Source of the DNA: Bacillota bacterium | GTDB taxonomy: Bacteria; Bacillota; Sulfobacillia; Sulfobacillales; Sulfobacillaceae | Reading direction: 5' to 3' | DNA length: 64,000 bases | Assembly (NCBI GenBank): GCA_021797675.1 | Contig: JAJZZH010000105.1 | Coordinates: 7,472-71,471 of the forward strand | Shown: piece by piece, positions 52,197-62,743 of the stretch | How positions within the stretch are numbered: the first letter of the stretch is position 1 | Layout: each line of letters opens with the position of its first letter | The notes under the pieces: model-generated | Databases searched by the model: none | Told to the model about the DNA's origin: nothing | The model's input: the letters and a program-made list of their open reading frames with translations, nothing else | Made by a program: the position numbers and the translations under genes

Positions 52197-52852
52197 GGGC
52201 GACCGTTGCTTCGGCGATGACCCACGCACCTTGGCGGCGGTTGACGGAGGATCGGTGTCCGTCGACACGGGCTTCCCAGGCAAAAATGGCCAGCCAACCG
52301 GCGCGGCGAGAGGGCAGGCACGAGGGGGGAGCCGTGGGTGGTGGCCAACATTCCAAGGTTCGCGGGCTGCCGTGAGTTCGGCATCCCTTCCGGCGCCAAA
52401 CGCTTGCCTGGAACCCGTTCCGCAAGCGTGGCGACTTCCCCGTGGCACTGAGGACCGGGTTGATTGCCGATACGTCTGACACGCGATCTGCACCGTGCCC
52501 GTCCATCGTGCATCGATTCCGGGCGACCGTTGGATGACGAGGGGGGCTCCCAAGGGTATGGGTTTGTGCGTACGCCTGGACCGCACGAGGCTCCGCAAGC
52601 CAAGGGATTAGGGCGGCGTTGCTGTGATGAGGCGATTGCTCCCGCGCGAGAGGCCGCCGCGGGGTTGCGGCCGCGCTGCGCCGGGGCGGTTATTGACGGT
52701 GGGTCAGCGCGGTCTTCCCATCCCCCGGCGGCGCGCGGAGCAACAGCGCCTAGGTGTGGTCGTTCCCGTTCACTCCGCAAGCCATGGCCATGGGAACGTT
52801 GCAGGCCAGTCCGCCGCCGAGGGTCGTGTTCCGGATCTGCAGACGGGGGTGC

Positions 52853-53950
52853 TTAGCCTTCCGAGGCCTGCACTTCCAGGGGACTTCTCCCTCGCTGCGG
52901 CCGAATCCTGGCCGCGCGAAGCCCTAGCAGATAACGTAAGGTGCGCACGGCGACCACAACCCAAAACAGGGCCAGCATGACAAAGAAGAGGACGGCGGCG
53001 TCGTCGATGAAATTGACCGCCAGGGCCTTGCCCAGAAGGTCGGTCCCGCCCGTAAAGACGCCGAGGGGAAAGGTCAGGCCCCACCAGCCCAGGTTAAATG
53101 GGAGATTGCGCTGGACGGCGTAATGGATGGTAAGGGCAATGCTCTGAATGAGCCACCACAACCCAAATCCCCATAACACGAGCGCGGCCACGAGGGTCAC
53201 TCCGAAAAATTCGGAGCCCAAGGCAGGAAAGACCGCGGGGGTATCCTTGCCCAACAAAATGAGTCCCATGATGCCGGTACCCAGCGTACCTAAGCTGATC
53301 CAGGTCGAAATCGCCATGTCTGCGGGGGGGAGATTGTTCACTGCCAACCGCAAGAACAGGACTCCCAAGAGAAGAAAGGAGAGGGGAACGCTGAACGACC
53401 ACAAGCTGAAACTGGCGATGAACAGCGCCTGAGCCAGTGCTGGGTTGGCGACGTGGGGCAGCAGCAAGGCCCCCGAGGCCGCCGCCACCTCGGCGGGCAC
53501 GATGGGCATCAGCCAAACGGCGGTCATCGAGTGCAAAGCGTGGTCGTGGCGGGTAAACATGTAATAGGGGACGACAAGCACCGATGCCAGCGCCATGGCC
53601 GCATTGACCAGCCACAACCAAGCCGCAAGATGATAGGCGGCCGGCCCCAGCACGACCGGTCCCATGTCCAAGAATCCGTTGACCACCGTGGTCAGCGCCA
53701 TCGGGATGGCCCCAAAGAACATCGATTGCTGAGGGTGATGGAGAATGTCCTTAAAACCCGGCCAGTCGACGAGGGCGCGCCGCAGCATCAGCACGAGCAT
53801 TAGCGAGACTAACGCCAAATTGAAGATCCACACGCCGGTGCCGAACTGCTGCAACCAACGGGGAGCATGGGGCACCAAGAAAGCGTCAAGGCCTAAAATG
53901 CCAGTACCCATGCCCACGGTGAACCAGTTTGGGGTAAATCCTTTTGCCAT
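52853..53950 (-). CDS. TDT-family (TehA/Mae1-like) C4-dicarboxylate/tellurite transporter
   Basis: MAKGFTPNWFTVGMGTGILGL start; ten TM helices. Confidence 0.7.
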   Translation of the reverse strand: MAKGFTPNWFTVGMGTGILGLDAFLVPHAPRWLQQFGTGVWIFNLALVSLMLVLMLRRALVDWPGFKDILHHPQQSMFFGAIPMALTTVVNGFLDMGPVVLGPAAYHLAAWLWLVNAAMALASVLVVPYYMFTRHDHALHSMTAVWLMPIVPAEVAAASGALLLPHVANPALAQALFIASFSLWSFSVPLSFLLLGVLFLRLAVNNLPPADMAISTWISLGTLGTGIMGLILLGKDTPAVFPALGSEFFGVTLVAALVLWGFGLWWLIQSIALTIHYAVQRNLPFNLGWWGLTFPLGVFTGGTDLLGKALAVNFIDDAAVLFFVMLALFWVVVAVRTLRYLLGLRAARIRPQRGRSPLEVQASEG

Positions 53951-54127
53951 GTCGCGATCGTCCTCTCCACATTTCCAATATCCTACTCAACATGATACGG
54001 TGAACACGGCACTCTGGCGTTCGGTACTTCCGAAGCCCACACCGTAATTGGCGAAATGCGTCGAAGACGGGCGGGCGGCGTTGCCGTCCGCCGTTGAGGA
54101 CGAAGCGTTACCAAGAAAAGAGGACGC

Positions 54128-55051
54128 ATGGACTTTCGCGTAAAGATCTTCTTAGCCGTCGCCCGTCATCGACAGTTGACCGAGGCTAGCCGGCAACTCA
54201 ATATGGCGGCCTCCACCGTGTCGGAACATGTGTCGGCGTTGGAGGCCGAGATTGGCGCCGGCTTGTTCGTGCGTACCAACCGCGGCATGCGATTAACGGA
54301 GGCTGGCCAGCGGTTTTTTCAAGCGGCGCAGATCATCGAAGGGCAATGGCATTCCGCGCTGCGTGAGGTTCCGCTGATCGCCTCGGGAACCCACCGGATT
54401 GATCTCGCGGCGAGCCAAACCGCGATTGAACTCTTTCTGCCGCCACCGCTGGGCCGGTTCCGGGAACGGTTTCCTGAGGTACCCATCCACCTGACCATGG
54501 CCAACACCAGCGAGGTGTTGCAGCAGGTGGCCGCCGGGCTGGTGGATATGGGGCTGGTGGAGGGCGGAATGGTGCATGGTTCCCTGCAGGCCGTCAACTT
54601 GTGGCATGATGCGCTGGTCCTGGTCGTTTCCCAGCGGCACCCGGTAGCTGCGGAGGATCGGGTGATGGTGGACACGTTGGTAGACCTGGACTGGATTTTA
54701 AGGGAACCGGGATCCGGAACCCGGGCCACCTTTGAACGCGCCCTGGGCCGGGCCGGGTGGTCAACCGACAGTCTCAAAATCATTATGGAATTGTCCTCGC
54801 TGCGAGCCATCCTGTCGATGGTGGCAAACAATGTGGGGGTCAGCGTCGTTTCCAGGGCCATTGCGGAATCCGGCGTGCTCCACGAGGGGATTCGCGCCAT
54901 CACCATCGACGGACTTGCCCTGGAACGACACATCCAATTGGTGCGACGTCGGCATGGGGCGCATTCCACGGCCGCGGGCAGCCTCATGCAGATGCTGGTG
55001 GAAGACGCGGAAAGCAAGGACCGCCATCGGCTACGGGCAGAGCCTCGATGA
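54128..55051 (+). CDS. LysR-family transcriptional regulator
   Basis: N-terminal HTH LTEASRQLNMAASTVSEHVSALE plus LysR substrate-binding domain. Confidence 0.85.
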   Translation: MDFRVKIFLAVARHRQLTEASRQLNMAASTVSEHVSALEAEIGAGLFVRTNRGMRLTEAGQRFFQAAQIIEGQWHSALREVPLIASGTHRIDLAASQTAIELFLPPPLGRFRERFPEVPIHLTMANTSEVLQQVAAGLVDMGLVEGGMVHGSLQAVNLWHDALVLVVSQRHPVAAEDRVMVDTLVDLDWILREPGSGTRATFERALGRAGWSTDSLKIIMELSSLRAILSMVANNVGVSVVSRAIAESGVLHEGIRAITIDGLALERHIQLVRRRHGAHSTAAGSLMQMLVEDAESKDRHRLRAEPR

Positions 55052-55578
55052 GGATCCTGGTCGAGAGCCAAGGCCGCGCTGTCAGCGATCAACCAAGGGG
55101 GCGCGGACGTCGGCAGACATTGGATCCGCCTGGATGCCCACAATGCGCTGGCGCGCTGCGACCCTCGGAGCAGGGCGCCCGTCTCGCAACCGCAGACGAG
55201 CACGATGCTTGCCCATCGCTTGAGGTTCCGCCGGCGGCAGGCCAGGTTTGGACGCACGCGATGGGGCCAGCGGCCAGGGACCTGGTTGATGTTGGACCGA
55301 TCGTCTAGTTCTTCCGAGCCAGGGGAACTCAGGGCTACGAGGGGGCCAAAAGGAAGAGACCGGTGGAATCTCATGGACTCGGAGGGCGTGGCAAAAAGCG
55401 GGATGGCACGCAATACCGTAGGTGTACTATACTATCCTCGGTGGTGGAAACATATTAGGTGGCTGGCGCAGAGCGCGAGCCGCCACGCTGGCCGCAGGGG
55501 CACCCGAAAGACTCCAAGGGGTGACAACACCGATTGGCTTTCGGAGTTGTCGCGTGGGAAGACGAGGAGGTATTGGGC

Positions 55579-56244
55579 ATGGAATCAGACGTCGCACAAA
55601 CGTTGCCGCGAATCGGAGAGCCCGCTCCCGACTTCGAGGCCAACTCGACCGCGGGGACCATTCGGCTGTCCCAATTCCGTGGCAAGTGGGTGATGCTCTT
55701 CTCCCATCCGGCAGACTTCACCCCGGTATGCACCACGGAAATCAGCGAATTTGCCCGCCGCAACGAGGAGTTCGTGCGTCGCAACGTGCAGTTGCTGGGT
55801 CTTTCCGTGGATGGCGTCCCGTCGCACATCGGATGGACGCGGGATATTGCCGGCCTGACCGGCAGGCCGGTTCCCTTCCCCATCATCTCTGACTTGGACA
55901 TGCACGTCTCTCGCCTTTATGGGATGCTGCATCCGGGGGAATCGAACACGGCAACGGTGCGCTCGGTGTTTTTTATCGACGACAAAGGCGTCGTGCGGGC
56001 GCTGATTTACTACCCGCTGAGCACCGGCCGCAATGTGGACGAGCTGTTGCGCGTGTTTGATGCGTTGCAACTCACGAGTCGGCACGGGGTGTCGACGCCC
56101 GTCGACTGGCAGCCTGGTCAGCCCGTCGTGGTGCCGGCTCCGGCTACCACAGAGGCCGTGCTAGACCGTGAACAGGCTGAGGCTCAGGGACTTGATTACC
56201 GTACGTGGTACCTGCGCCTGAAGCAAGTCGATCCGAATTCGTAA
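55579..56244 (+). CDS. Peroxiredoxin (Prx6/1-Cys-like, AhpC/TSA family)
   Basis: WVMLFSHPADFTPVCTTE. Confidence 0.85.
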   Translation: MESDVAQTLPRIGEPAPDFEANSTAGTIRLSQFRGKWVMLFSHPADFTPVCTTEISEFARRNEEFVRRNVQLLGLSVDGVPSHIGWTRDIAGLTGRPVPFPIISDLDMHVSRLYGMLHPGESNTATVRSVFFIDDKGVVRALIYYPLSTGRNVDELLRVFDALQLTSRHGVSTPVDWQPGQPVVVPAPATTEAVLDREQAEAQGLDYRTWYLRLKQVDPNS

Positions 56245-56294
56245 CGGCAAGTATCGTGCGCAAACGCTGATAGCGATTGGAAAGGGGAAGACGC

Positions 56295-56825
56295 ATGGCT
56301 TTGGTAGGATCTCCAGCACCGCAATTTCGCATGGGGGCGGTTGACGCCAACGGCAAGGATTGCGAGGTCAGGCTGCAAGACTATGCCGGCAAATGGCTCG
56401 TTCTCTTCTTTTACCCTCACGATTTCACCTTCGTTTGTCCCACGGAAATCGTGGCTCTCTCGGAGGCGTACACCGAATTTCGCAAGCGCGATGCCGAAAT
56501 TTTGGGCGTCTCGACCGACAGCACGCATGTCCATCGGGCCTGGCGGAACGCCAGCCCCGATCAAAGTGGCCTAGGCTCCATCCGCTATCCGCTGGCCGCC
56601 GACGGAGACCATGAAGTATCTAAAGCCTACCAAGTCTATCTTCCCGCCGAGGGTGCGGCTTTTCGCGGACTCTTCATCATCGATCCCCAAGGCCTCGTGC
56701 AGTATGAAGTCGTGCATAACCTGAACGTCGGCCGTTCGGTTGACGAGGTCCTGAGGGTGTTGGATGCCATCCAGGCGGGCGGGCTGTGCCCCGTTAACTG
56801 GAAACCCGGCGAGGCATTGCTGTAG
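56295..56825 (+). CDS. Peroxiredoxin (AhpC/Tsa 2-Cys-like)
   Basis: WLVLFFYPHDFTFVCPTEI. Confidence 0.85.
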   Translation: MALVGSPAPQFRMGAVDANGKDCEVRLQDYAGKWLVLFFYPHDFTFVCPTEIVALSEAYTEFRKRDAEILGVSTDSTHVHRAWRNASPDQSGLGSIRYPLAADGDHEVSKAYQVYLPAEGAAFRGLFIIDPQGLVQYEVVHNLNVGRSVDEVLRVLDAIQAGGLCPVNWKPGEALL

Positions 56826-56949
56826 GCGACGGAACATCACGGGTATGCGGCCCGGAGGCTCCCGCGGATGCGGGGCGCCTCCGGGCTTCCGGCGCGCTTG
56901 ACCGTGGATGTCGTCGCATACCGTGGGCGCTGACGTTCATACTAGCTGA

Positions 56950-58074
56950 GTGGACAACGAGCGATGGCTTTTCGATTTGACAATCGGATTACTCGGTCTT
57001 TCTGCCCTGCCCTCGGCGCCTTCGGCGTCCCACGCGGCGGTCATCGTGCGACGATTGGTGCAGGCCGAGGATCGTGCGGTCATCACCGGGAATCGATCCG
57101 CTCTGAAGGCGCTGTTCGTTTCCCCATACGGCTCAGCGGCCGAAACCGCATGGCGCCGGAGCCTCTATTTCGCCCACTGGGCGAAAAAGCGCGGCCTAGC
57201 ATTCCATACTTTGAGGGTGACCGCGATCCATCCTGAGGCGGTGGACGTGTGGGGTCGCGTGCTTGCCGTGAAAGCGGCCGTTGGGGAGCGCTTTGCGTAT
57301 CGTTACCGGAACCAGGCCGGGCCGCCGACGGAATTTGGGATTGGCGGGTACCACCGGTATCGCTTGCGAAACGTTGATGGCGTCTGGAAAATCGAGAATG
57401 ACGAGTGCTTTCCCCCAGCTCCTTGGACGGCCATTCCCGGTGGCCAGCCGCCCCCCCTCGATCGACATCCACCGCCGCTGCTTCCTGCCCAGAGCCGGGC
57501 GATCGCGTATGCCAACCGCTATTGCGGAGCCGCCCCCGGCTGTGGCAATCATGGCCGCTATAATCCGGAGTACCCCAGTTACAACGAGGCGGGCGGGGAC
57601 TGCACTGCCTTCATTTCTCAGGTCTTGCACGCTGCGGGATTTGCCGAGACCGGTCGCTGGCACTACGATAGCGCGACTCGGCAGGGGACCGCTGCGTGGA
57701 CGACGGCAGGTGCCCTGACGGCGTTTTTGGTCGGCAGCGGGCGGGCGTTGTTAATCGCTCGAGGAAGCTGGGCGCAGGTGACTCTGCCTACGCCGGAATA
57801 TCCCCGGGGAGCCCTGGCGGCGCTTCGGGCGGGGGATTTAATCACCGATTTTCGACAGGGGGGCATGCAACATAGCGCAGTCGTAGTGGGCTTCGACCGA
57901 CTAGGGTATCCACTGGTCAACGCCCATTTCTCCGACCGCTTTCGAGTTCCCTGGGACATCAATTGGGATGACCGGACGACCTTCTACCTGTGGCGCGTGC
58001 ACTATCGCTTGGCTGAAAAAGAGAAGCCCGAGCACCTCGGGCTTCTCAACACCTTCAGGAAACGCCCGTCTTGA
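56950..58074 (+). CDS. Putative-amidase-domain (Amidase_6-like) secreted protein
   Basis: GGDCTAFISQVLHAAGF matches the catalytic-Cys motif of the putative amidase domain. Signal-like N-terminus; GTG start. Confidence 0.55.
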   Translation: MDNERWLFDLTIGLLGLSALPSAPSASHAAVIVRRLVQAEDRAVITGNRSALKALFVSPYGSAAETAWRRSLYFAHWAKKRGLAFHTLRVTAIHPEAVDVWGRVLAVKAAVGERFAYRYRNQAGPPTEFGIGGYHRYRLRNVDGVWKIENDECFPPAPWTAIPGGQPPPLDRHPPPLLPAQSRAIAYANRYCGAAPGCGNHGRYNPEYPSYNEAGGDCTAFISQVLHAAGFAETGRWHYDSATRQGTAAWTTAGALTAFLVGSGRALLIARGSWAQVTLPTPEYPRGALAALRAGDLITDFRQGGMQHSAVVVGFDRLGYPLVNAHFSDRFRVPWDINWDDRTTFYLWRVHYRLAEKEKPEHLGLLNTFRKRPS

Positions 58075-58423
58075 AGAGCATGATCCAAATGGAGGTGCCC
58101 ACCAGGGCAAAGGCGATGAAAAATGCCAATCCCAACGGCAACAGCTGCCAAGCGGTTCCCCGACTCTCGCGCAAATGCATGAACACGCCCAGTTGGAGAC
58201 CAGCTTGGCCTAAGGCTAGGGCCAAAATGACCGCCAACAGCAAAATAGGGGGCATCGCGTGATCGACCACTAAGAGCAAGGCGGCGAACGTCAATAGCAA
58301 CGAAAACACATAGCCCATGACCTGCGCCCAGGGAAATCCCTCGACCTCGAACTTGGGCGCGAGAAATTCGAGTCCAGGTTCCACGGCCTCGAGTTCGGTA
58401 CCGTCGGAGGTGTGTTCCGACAT
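58055..58423 (-). CDS. qoxD: aa3-type quinol oxidase subunit IV
   Basis: Small three-TM protein immediately downstream of subunit III. Confidence 0.55.
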   Translation of the reverse strand: MSEHTSDGTELEAVEPGLEFLAPKFEVEGFPWAQVMGYVFSLLLTFAALLLVVDHAMPPILLLAVILALALGQAGLQLGVFMHLRESRGTAWQLLPLGLAFFIAFALVGTSIWIMLFKTGVS

Positions 58424-58451
58424 CAAGGTTCCTCCTCTCCCTGCGTTGTCT

Positions 58452-59069
58452 CTAGGCGATCTTCCCACTCAGGTAAACAAAGGTGAAAATGAACACCCAG
58501 ACGATATCCAAAAAGTGCCAGTAAAGCGAAAATGTAAATAGTTTGCGGCGAGTGACTGCGGTCAGCCCGCGACGGCGGAGCTGGAGGAGAAGGGTAATCG
58601 CCCACATGATGCCGAACGTCACGTGGGCGCCGTGGGTTCCCACCAGCACGTAGAAGCCAGACAAAAATCCACTGACATGCCACGTCGCGCCTTGACTCAT
58701 GTATGAAACAAAATCCGATATCTCTGTGATGACGAAGCCGGCGCCTAACACCAGGGTGGCGATCAACCAACCAAACACCATGCGCAGGCGATTGTGGCGC
58801 ATAGCCCACACCGCGATGCCGACCGTAAAGCTGCTGGTGAGCAGCAGGAGCGTCTCCAGCACGGTGGGCCCCAGGTGAAACAGCTGTTGAGGCGTAGGGC
58901 CCAAGGCGGTCCGGCTACGGTATACGGCATAGACCGCAAACAGGCTGGCGAAGATAATCATGTCCGTCATCAGGAACATCCAGAATCCGGTGATTTTAAT
59001 GCTTTCTTCCTCGTCGGCAAACTCCACCGGAATCGACTGATGCCGTTCGGATACGGCGGGTGTGCTCAT
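58452..59069 (-). CDS. qoxC: Heme-copper oxidase subunit III
   Basis: Subunit-III-like five-TM protein; overlaps subunit I by 4 nt. Confidence 0.8.
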   Translation of the reverse strand: MSTPAVSERHQSIPVEFADEEESIKITGFWMFLMTDMIIFASLFAVYAVYRSRTALGPTPQQLFHLGPTVLETLLLLTSSFTVGIAVWAMRHNRLRMVFGWLIATLVLGAGFVITEISDFVSYMSQGATWHVSGFLSGFYVLVGTHGAHVTFGIMWAITLLLQLRRRGLTAVTRRKLFTFSLYWHFLDIVWVFIFTFVYLSGKIA

Positions 59070-61045
59070 GCTTGCAACCTCCCAAAGGTCCCTTCGGTAT
59101 GCCGGATAACGTCAGCGGGCAGGGGCTCCTTGTCATCATAGTCGAAGGCCGCGTAGATGAGGCACGCAACCACTCCGAGTCCGCCGAAAATGGCGATCGG
59201 CCACCACTCAAAGACCATCCCGAATCCCCCGACAAAAAAGCTTAGGCCGAGCATGAAGGGCATCCCCGTGTTCTTCGGCAGTTCTAAGGCCTTCACATCT
59301 TGTGGCCGGAGCTGGTTGGCCAGCGTCATCCCCTGTTCTTTCATCGCCCAGAACTCATCCACGCCGTGCACGACGGGGATACGGGCGAAATTATATTCGG
59401 GTGCCGGAGAGGGCAGCGCCCATTCCAAGGTGCGCCCGTTCCAGGGATCGCCGGTGAGATCGCGCTCGCCGTAGCGCAGGCTCCACAGGATGTTGTATAC
59501 CAGGGCAATAAAGCCTGCCCCCATCGTAAAGGCGCCCAGGGTGGAGATCACGTTGAGTTCGTGCCAGCCGAAGCCGAAGGGATACGTGTACATCCGCCGG
59601 GTCATGCCTTCCAACCCCAAAAGATATTGGGGCAGGAACGTCACCCAAAAACCGATCACGAAGAGCCAAAAGCCCACTTTGCCCTGGCGTTCGTTCAGGA
59701 TGAAGCCAAACATTTTGGGCCACCAATAATAGAGCCCGGAGAGCAGACCAAAGACCGTGCCGCCAATCAGCACATTGTGAAAGTGGGCAACCACCCAATA
59801 GCTATTGTGCAATTGGTAGTCGGCCGGCACGACGGAGAGCATGATGCCGGTGGCGCCGCCGACAACGAAGGTGGGGATGAACGCCATCTGATAGAGCATG
59901 GCCACCGTGATCCGAATGCGTCCGCCCCACATCGTGAAAATCCAATTGAAGATCTTCACGCCGGTGGGGATGGCGATCAGCATCGTCGACAGACCAAAGA
60001 AGGCGTTGACGGTCGGACCTGCTCCCATCGTGAAAAAGTGATGGACCCAGGTGCCGTAGGCGAGAAACATGATGGACACCAGGGAAATGACCATGGTGGT
60101 GTAACCGAACAGCCGCTTTTTAGAAAACGTGGGCACCACCTCGGAGAAAATCCCGAAGGCGGGCAAAATTACGATGTAGACCTCCGGATGGCCAAACAGC
60201 CAAAACAGGTTGACATACATCATGGGCATGCCACCGTGGCCCAAGGTAAAAAAGGACGATCCAAACGTGCGGTCGAGGAGCGAAAGGGCCAGGGCGACAG
60301 TCAGCGGCGGGAAGGCAAAGATGATCAAGGCCGAGGTGACGAGCGTCGACCAGGCGAACATCGGCATCCGCATCAACGTCATCCCCGGAGCCCGCATCCG
60401 GATAATGGTGACCAGAAAGTTAATGCCGGTGATCGTGGTTCCGATGCCGGCGATAAGTAGAGAAAGGAAGTAGTAGCTCTCACCGGGACCGGGATTGAAG
60501 GCCAGTTCGGTGAGCGGTGGATACCCCGTCCACCCCGCATTCGGCGAGCCTCCGACCACGAACGAAATGTTGAACAGCATGGCGCCGAAGGCAAATAGCC
60601 AGTAGCTCATCGCGTTGAGGCGGGGGAACGCGACGTCGCGCGAGCCGATTTGCAGGGGGATGACGGCATTAAACAACGCGAAGATAAACGGCATCGCCAT
60701 GAAAAAGATCATGATCGTGCCATGCGTGGTAAACACCTCGTTGTATTCCAGCGCGCCAATCGGCTGCACGTTGGGTAGCGCCAGGTTGGTTCTCAGCATC
60801 AAGGCGTCGACCCCACCGCGAAACAGCATGGCAATGGCGGCAATCAGGTACAGGATCGCGATGCGCTTATGATCTACCGTGGTCAGCCACTCGCGCCAGA
60901 GCCACCGCCACTTCTTGTACCGTGTCAAAATGTACACAATACCGATGCCCGTGACCAAAATCATAAAGTCTGCACCGAGTTCCGTCGGCTGACGCGTGTC
61001 CGGCGGGAAAAGCGTATGGACAAGATACAAAAGAAACGCTGGCAT
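59066..61045 (-). CDS. qoxB: Heme-copper oxidase subunit I (659 aa, QoxB length)
   Basis: Subunit-I histidine ligand motifs such as WFFGHPEVY and HHMF-like regions. Confidence 0.85.
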   Translation of the reverse strand: MPAFLLYLVHTLFPPDTRQPTELGADFMILVTGIGIVYILTRYKKWRWLWREWLTTVDHKRIAILYLIAAIAMLFRGGVDALMLRTNLALPNVQPIGALEYNEVFTTHGTIMIFFMAMPFIFALFNAVIPLQIGSRDVAFPRLNAMSYWLFAFGAMLFNISFVVGGSPNAGWTGYPPLTELAFNPGPGESYYFLSLLIAGIGTTITGINFLVTIIRMRAPGMTLMRMPMFAWSTLVTSALIIFAFPPLTVALALSLLDRTFGSSFFTLGHGGMPMMYVNLFWLFGHPEVYIVILPAFGIFSEVVPTFSKKRLFGYTTMVISLVSIMFLAYGTWVHHFFTMGAGPTVNAFFGLSTMLIAIPTGVKIFNWIFTMWGGRIRITVAMLYQMAFIPTFVVGGATGIMLSVVPADYQLHNSYWVVAHFHNVLIGGTVFGLLSGLYYWWPKMFGFILNERQGKVGFWLFVIGFWVTFLPQYLLGLEGMTRRMYTYPFGFGWHELNVISTLGAFTMGAGFIALVYNILWSLRYGERDLTGDPWNGRTLEWALPSPAPEYNFARIPVVHGVDEFWAMKEQGMTLANQLRPQDVKALELPKNTGMPFMLGLSFFVGGFGMVFEWWPIAIFGGLGVVACLIYAAFDYDDKEPLPADVIRHTEGTFGRLQA

Positions 61046-61084
61046 ACAAACCCACCTTTCGCGAAAGTTGGAATAAATCCGTCG

Positions 61085-62044
61085 TCAGTGCTGGGCCGTC
61101 GCACCGGGATTGTTGGACTTCAAAAGATACATTCCGCCGCGCAACGTGAACCCGTGACTCACGCTAGGCCACGTGCTGGCCGGGAAGGATGAGTAGGATT
61201 CGGCACCTATGGTGTTAAAGCGCAACAATTGGTGGTAAGCGGTCAGGGTCATCGGTCGGGCGGTAGCTCGTACCCGGTTGGCCCATGCCGTGAACTTTGG
61301 ACCCGACACGGCGTGCACGTAAAAGAACATCTTTTCAAAGCCAATCCCGGAAAACTGACCGCTGTGGCCCCAATAGACGCCTGGCTTGCTTGCCTCCAAC
61401 CAGAGCGGCAATATGCGGCCCGGCATGGTATATTCCATTCCGCCCAAGGACGGCACCCAGAACGTGTTCATCGGCGAGTCGGCCGTCAGATGAAACAACA
61501 CCGGCTTGCCGACCGGAATGTAAAGATAGTTGACAGTGGCAATCTTTTGATTGGGGTACTCGAAGAGCCACTTCCAGTTCAACGAGGTGACGTTAATGAC
61601 CACCGGATCCTTGGATGGCGGCAGTTTCGCTAGGGCATAAGTCACATTGACCGTGGGTACCGCGATGACCGTAAGAATGACCGCAGGAATGATGAACCAT
61701 AGCGGTTCTAGCCATTTATGACTGTGCCAGTGAGGGGTGTATGGATTACGGTTGCCCGGATAATCGCGGAAACGAACCACCGCTATCCCAAATAGCACAA
61801 ACACCACCAGGATGACCACCGCCATGGCGATTGCGGCGAATGCCATCAAATGCAGTTCGCTTTGCCCCACGGGTCCTTTGGGGTGGAGAACCACATATTG
61901 CGGACCGCAGCCGGAGACCAACAACCCGAGTCCCAAGGCGGCCAAGGCCAACATCCGGTAGGCTCTTCGCGATGAGCGAACACGACGTCGCATGCGATCT
62001 CTCCTCTTTGCGGTGGATATCTTGGTAAATAGTTCACCGGACAT
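61085..62044 (-). CDS. qoxA: Quinol oxidase subunit II lipoprotein lacking the CuA centre
   Basis: Lipobox LLVSGCGP and cupredoxin fold. The CuA site region reads GHSGQFSGIGFEKM with no Cys ligands, which points to a quinol rather than cytochrome c oxidase. Confidence 0.7.
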   Translation of the reverse strand: MSGELFTKISTAKRRDRMRRRVRSSRRAYRMLALAALGLGLLVSGCGPQYVVLHPKGPVGQSELHLMAFAAIAMAVVILVVFVLFGIAVVRFRDYPGNRNPYTPHWHSHKWLEPLWFIIPAVILTVIAVPTVNVTYALAKLPPSKDPVVINVTSLNWKWLFEYPNQKIATVNYLYIPVGKPVLFHLTADSPMNTFWVPSLGGMEYTMPGRILPLWLEASKPGVYWGHSGQFSGIGFEKMFFYVHAVSGPKFTAWANRVRATARPMTLTAYHQLLRFNTIGAESYSSFPASTWPSVSHGFTLRGGMYLLKSNNPGATAQH

Positions 62045-62134
62045 TCCCGGTTAGTACATTATTACACTACGAAGCATGGGAATGTGTAAATGGCATGCAG
62101 TCACTAGTTATAAAGCACTAGTCTTCAGCGGAGA

Positions 62135-62665
62135 TTAGCGGACGGACCGCAACCATTCGGAGCGTTCTCGCAATACCTTGGCGAGCGGTGTTAGGTGTTC
62201 AGCAAGTTCTGTCTGGCTATGGGGGGAGGTGGCCGGATCAATGGATTGTGACCAGTGGTTGAGGACCTCAGCGTATTCGGCCAGCAGGGCGTCGTATTCC
62301 ACCAGCATTTCGAGGAGCTGGCGCTGATCGCGAATCCGCTGCCAGACCCGGTCGTTAGCCGGAGCCGGCAACGCCTGCACCGTGGCGGCCAGGTTCGACA
62401 ACTGGTCGGCAATGTGGCGCAGGGCGTTGAGCCGGGCCATTTGCTCGGGAGGAGGGAATGGCGCTTCGCGTGAAGCTGGCGGCATGGCCTGGTGGTAGGC
62501 TGTATAGGCCAGTCGCCAGCACGCGGCGGCCTCGGACAGCGCCGAGGCCACCTGGTTGCGGATCATTCCGTCCAACTGGCGCATACTTTGAGGACTGGCG
62601 TAGGGATTGTCGGCGGTTTTAAACCAACCCGCTACCCGTCGAATTTGTTCGGATGCCCTATCCAT
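62135..62665 (-). CDS. Hypothetical protein
   Basis: ORF only; acidic and helical. Confidence 0.3.
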   Translation of the reverse strand: MDRASEQIRRVAGWFKTADNPYASPQSMRQLDGMIRNQVASALSEAAACWRLAYTAYHQAMPPASREAPFPPPEQMARLNALRHIADQLSNLAATVQALPAPANDRVWQRIRDQRQLLEMLVEYDALLAEYAEVLNHWSQSIDPATSPHSQTELAEHLTPLAKVLRERSEWLRSVR

Positions 62666-62743
62666 CCCGGTGCGGCGGCGTCGTCGATCGCCGCCCGCCT
62701 CCCTTCACCTCGGAGATTTTCGCTCCACGGATGCCCGCGCAAC

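Noticed and set aside
58055-62044. Annotating the operon as cytochrome c oxidase ctaCDEF
   Set aside because: Subunit II has no CuA Cys/His/Met ligand set and no cytochrome c domain, and subunit I is QoxB-sized. A quinol oxidase (qoxABCD) fits better.
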